From: a virus
Taxonomy: Duplodnaviria; Heunggongvirae; Uroviricota; Caudoviricetes
DNA: 61,747 bases
Direction: 5' to 3' (one strand)
IMG/VR virus record: IMGVR_UViG_3300021400_000113
Coordinates: 104,932 to 166,678 of that record
Each line of letters begins with the position of its first letter. The stretch's first letter is position 1. The notes below the pieces were generated by a model. That model was given only the letters and a program-made list of their open reading frames with translations, was not told where the DNA came from and did not search any database. A program made the translations under genes and the position numbers. This document shows positions 59,204-61,747 of the stretch, piece by piece.

Positions 59204-59701
59204 TTACGGGTCAAAGGCATAATCAACAATGACGGGCTTATTATCTTTCCATCCATAGTTGTGATAGTGTAAATCGCAAGCAACGTTACAAATATATTCA
59301 AATTCATCTCCCGTAAGAGCCTTGGCAAAATCTCTATGACTTCCAATATTCTTAATGCGTGGCATAATATAGAAAGTGATATTATGAGAAACTACCGGAG
59401 TAATTTTAGCAAACAGATAAGCATAGCCGTCTTTTTCTGCCTGTGCATACTTGCGCACTTCATCCGGGCAATTTCCTGCCCAGCAATCTTCGTTATAATC
59501 ATACTTAATAACATAATCCGCCCGAATCACCGCCCAGCGGGAAACGCCATTACGAACCTGTACCCGCTCATGCTTTTTATCGCAATAATTGAACAGCGCA
59601 TCGGCCAGATCTTCGGGGTCATCCAGAAACTTTTCAATCACCGGGAAAATTTCTTCAAGGAACTTTTGAGCGCGTACAGTGTAATCAGTTTTCATTTTCA
59701 T
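59204..59701 (-). CDS. minimal protein-kinase-like protein (inverted cassette)
   Basis: NGVSRWAV (Gly-loop-like), YVIK (ATP Lys), DEVRKY (alphaC Glu), DLHYHNYG (catalytic loop), IVDY (Mg-binding); own leftward promoter at 59726-59754. Confidence 0.7.
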   Translation of the reverse strand: MKMKTDYTVRAQKFLEEIFPVIEKFLDDPEDLADALFNYCDKKHERVQVRNGVSRWAVIRADYVIKYDYNEDCWAGNCPDEVRKYAQAEKDGYAYLFAKITPVVSHNITFYIMPRIKNIGSHRDFAKALTGDEFEYICNVACDLHYHNYGWKDNKPVIVDYAFDP

Positions 59702-59882
59702 GACCCCTTTCTTTATTACGGTTACATTATAACATAAGATAACCGAAAAAGCAACCCCTTATTTTTAGATGTTAAACATCTAAAATCAATAGTTGACTTT
59801 TTCTTAAATCCATGATATACTTATACCGTAATCAAGAGAAGGAAAACTCTTAAAAACCAGAAGGGAAGTATGAATTATGCCT

Positions 59883-60206
59883 ATGAACGCCACCGAAATG
59901 AAGAACGCCGCCCGCAACGCCACTATTTCTGCCATGCGTGATGCTCTGGAAGACCAGTCCGCTGTCCAGTTCGCGGATGCCTCCTGGGCTATTCTCCAGA
60001 ACATTGAAGGTCAGGAAATCTGGTGCGAAGTAACCATTAAGACCAAGGCTTACAAGCCTACCAAGACCGCCGAAGCCTTCGATCCCTTTGAGGCCGCGGA
60101 AGCGTGGAAGGAAGAAAAGCGCATCAAGGCCGAAGAAAAGGCCGCGAAGGAAGCGGAAAAGGCCAAGAAAGTGGCCAAGGCAAAGGAAAAGAAGGAGGAG
60201 GAGTAA
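59883..60206 (+). CDS. hypothetical protein with K/A/E-rich C-terminal helix
   Basis: High-GC codons; alternative start at 59877; stop in GGAGGAG-taa-TCCTCTCC. Confidence 0.75.
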   Translation: MNATEMKNAARNATISAMRDALEDQSAVQFADASWAILQNIEGQEIWCEVTIKTKAYKPTKTAEAFDPFEAAEAWKEEKRIKAEEKAAKEAEKAKKVAKAKEKKEEE

Positions 60207-60308
60207 TCCTCTCCTTTTTACTTAGATGTTTAACATCTAAAATATAATATTGACATTTCTTTTATTCTATGTTATACTCTATACATCAAAAGAAAGGAAG
60301 TGCTAAGT

Positions 60309-60608
60309 ATGGTCGGATACTCTAATGGAACCATTCCCTTCAATCATGGTCAACTATGCCAGATGCTTCGCTCCGCAAATGATGAAGAACTGGCTAATAT
60401 TCTCAATGATGTTAGCAAGGAGCAGGAACGGCGCAAGGCGGCAAAGAAAAACGAATATCTCAATAATATCCGCAAGGCTATTTCTGAAGCGATTAAAGCG
60501 GGATATAGTGTTGACTTCTATTACAATTCCGATTCCGAAGGTTCCGCCTTCTCCATTCACAGCAACAATGAATTTGTTTATGATATTGAATTATTCACCG
60601 ACGATTAA
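60309..60608 (+). CDS. cassette ORF, hypothetical (99 aa)
   Basis: Own palindrome and promoter; AAAGGAAG RBS. Confidence 0.65.
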   Translation: MVGYSNGTIPFNHGQLCQMLRSANDEELANILNDVSKEQERRKAAKKNEYLNNIRKAISEAIKAGYSVDFYYNSDSEGSAFSIHSNNEFVYDIELFTDD

Positions 60609-60695
60609 GTGGCTTCAGCCACTTTCCTATTTTAGATGTTTAACATCTAAATCTAAGTGTTGACTTCTTTCTAAATTTATGATATTATATAATTG

Positions 60696-60800
60696 TTCCA
60701 AGGGAGAGGAAAAGAACAGCAAGCGCTACGATTCCTTAAAGGATAGTCATTAAAATGCGCAAGCAAAAACAAACCTCACTTGCAAGTCCTTTGGGATAAT
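60696..60800 (+). ncRNA. candidate small RNA/leader sharing its 5' end with the 57683 RNA
   Basis: Begins TTCCAAGGGAGAG; can pair with TCCTTTGGGA near 60788-60797; no ORF. Confidence 0.3.
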
Positions 60801-60802
60801 TT

Positions 60803-60893
60803 GGGAAAGTAGCTCAATTGGTCAGAGCTTGATCGCGTGAAGGGATAGAGCGATTGAATGCCCTTGATGTTGGTTCGACTCCAACCTTTCCCA
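60803..60893 (+). tRNA. tRNA-like RNA with a non-canonical anticodon arm (pseudo-tRNA; no anticodon assignable)
   Basis: Acceptor GGGAAAG/CTTTCCC-A; D arm GCTC-AATTGGTCA-GAGC; T arm GTTGG-TTCGACT-CCAAC; the 40-nt central region lacks a 7-nt YUNNNRN loop. Confidence 0.7.
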
Positions 60894-61007
60894 ATCGTAA
60901 CAAAAACTTAACAAAATTTCTTCTTGACAAACTTCAAAATCCATGATATAATAAATGCGTAAATAAGAGAAGGAAAACTCTAAAAAACCAGAAAGGATTT
61001 AACCGCT

Positions 61008-61349
61008 ATGAAGAAAACCTCTTACGAAGCCATTTACAACGCTCTGACCGCCATCAACTACGACAATGCCGAAGTCATGGAAGACCTCTGCAAGGAACTG
61101 AACCGCGGCGCCGAAGCCAAGGCGAAGAAAGCGTCTGAATACGATCAGGCGAAGCCCTTCGTATTTGAAGCCCTGCGCGTGGCAGGCAAGCCCGTGACCG
61201 TTGCGGAAATCTTCGAGCATTGTGAGAACGAACTGCCCGAAGGCTTCACCAAAGCCCGCATCCAGTACGGCCTGTCCCATCAGTGGGCGGAAGAAGTCGT
61301 CAAGACCGAAGGCAAAGTTAATTCCTACCAGTTGAAGGAAGGGGCGTAA
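61008..61349 (+). CDS. putative winged-helix DNA-binding protein, paralog 3
   Basis: KPVTVAEIF..EGFTKARIQYGLSHQWAEEVVKTEGKVNSY; own TTGACA/TATAAT promoter. Confidence 0.65.
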   Translation: MKKTSYEAIYNALTAINYDNAEVMEDLCKELNRGAEAKAKKASEYDQAKPFVFEALRVAGKPVTVAEIFEHCENELPEGFTKARIQYGLSHQWAEEVVKTEGKVNSYQLKEGA

Positions 61350-61481
61350 AGCCCTTTCTTTTTTTTGTTTTACTTTTAGATGTTAAACATCTAAATCTCC
61401 TTGTTGACTCTTTTCCTATTATATGATATACTCTATACATGAAGTGAAGGAAAACACTTGAAACCAGAAAGGGAAATGCTT

Positions 61482-61747
61482 ATGCGCAAAGAATACCGCT
61501 TCATGGTCACCGACACCGAGACCGCCACCCTGCCCTTCGCCAATGAAATCGCTAATGGCGACCCCGAAAAGAAAAAGAAAATCGCCATCGCGCGGCCTCT
61601 CGTGTATGACATCGGCTGGACTATCACCAACCGCAAGGGTGAAATCCTGGACAGCAAACAATTCCTTGTAGCCGAAACTTTCGCCGTTCCCGCCGTATTT
61701 AACACCGCGTATTATGCTGAAAAGCGCCCGCGGTATCTGGAAATGCT
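61482..61747 (+). CDS. second DEDD exonuclease-like protein (3' truncated)
   Basis: MRKEYRFMVTDTETAT..LVYDIGW..F.V.E.F...AYYAEKRPRY, parallel to the 56834 ORF (FDTETT..YDVGY..AYYKEKRPLY). Confidence 0.7.
   Translation, partial: MRKEYRFMVTDTETATLPFANEIANGDPEKKKKIAIARPLVYDIGWTITNRKGEILDSKQFLVAETFAVPAVFNTAYYAEKRPRYLEM

Larger units (their letters stand above)
49957..61394. repeat. dispersed 19-bp palindrome TTAGATG-N5-CATCTAA, 30 copies, nearly all 9 bp upstream of a -35 box
   Basis: Starts at 49957, 49978, 49999, 50020, 50399, 50751, 51165, 51338, 51614, 52018, 52349, 52597, 53006, 53334, 53825, 54119, 54626, 55182, 55499, 56051, 56351, 56732, 57619, 58192, 58596, 59172, 59765, 60222, 60632, 61376; none seen in 1-49950. 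Confidence 0.95.

Noticed and set aside
60803-60893. Amber suppressor tRNA-Gln(CUA)
   Set aside because: No CTA lies in any plausible anticodon loop. The suppression machinery must be outside this window or host-encoded.
49957-61394. Palindromic repeats as a CRISPR array
   Set aside because: Intervals are about 170-900 bp and contain complete genes with promoters, not 25-45 bp spacers; the tandem block has only 2-bp gaps; no cas genes are in the window.
49957-61394. Integron attC array (the centre GTTAAAC/GTTGAAC matches GTTRRRY)
   Set aside because: attC sites are longer imperfect hairpins with R''/L''/L'/R' boxes and integron cassettes are usually promoterless; here the site is a 19-bp dyad and nearly every cassette has its own promoter; no tyrosine integrase is visible. 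The core match may be coincidental.
53393-61705. Minus-strand track ORFs in the array (e.g. 53393-53722, 57719-58237, 60999-61280, 61419-61705)
   Set aside because: They are antisense to GC-rich plus-strand genes that have promoter, RBS and terminator; only 59204-59701 has its own signals.
1-61747. Integrase, lysis cassette, reverse transcriptase/DGR, rRNA
   Set aside because: No supporting motifs were recognised in this window, so lifestyle and lysis genes cannot be called from it.

Overview
Part of a large tailed-phage genome (siphovirus-like; host probably an anaerobic Bacillota, inferred from strong GGAGG RBSs, TG-extended -10 promoters and class III RNR). TAG is read as Gln (code 15): dozens of ORF-track fragments join in frame into intact genes once TAG=Q. 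Three blocks. (1) 1-14446 (+): replication/nucleotide metabolism (RecJ-like DHH exonuclease, DNA pol III alpha, NrdD/NrdG, GIY-YIG, dUTPase, RuvC-like). (2) 14486-48522 (-): morphogenesis (terminase, portal, protease/scaffold, capsid, neck, two tail-tube paralogs, ~4345-aa tape measure, Dit-like and tail-tip proteins). (3) 48900-61747: an array of about 27 stand-alone cassettes. Almost every cassette has a 19-bp palindrome TTAGATG-N5-CATCTAA (30 copies), a fixed 9-bp gap, a sigma70/sigmaA promoter, a small ORF or small RNA, and a hairpin with the stop codon in its loop. One cassette, a minimal kinase, is inverted between two palindromes. This array is the most novel-looking system here. Coordinates, counts and translations were read by hand.
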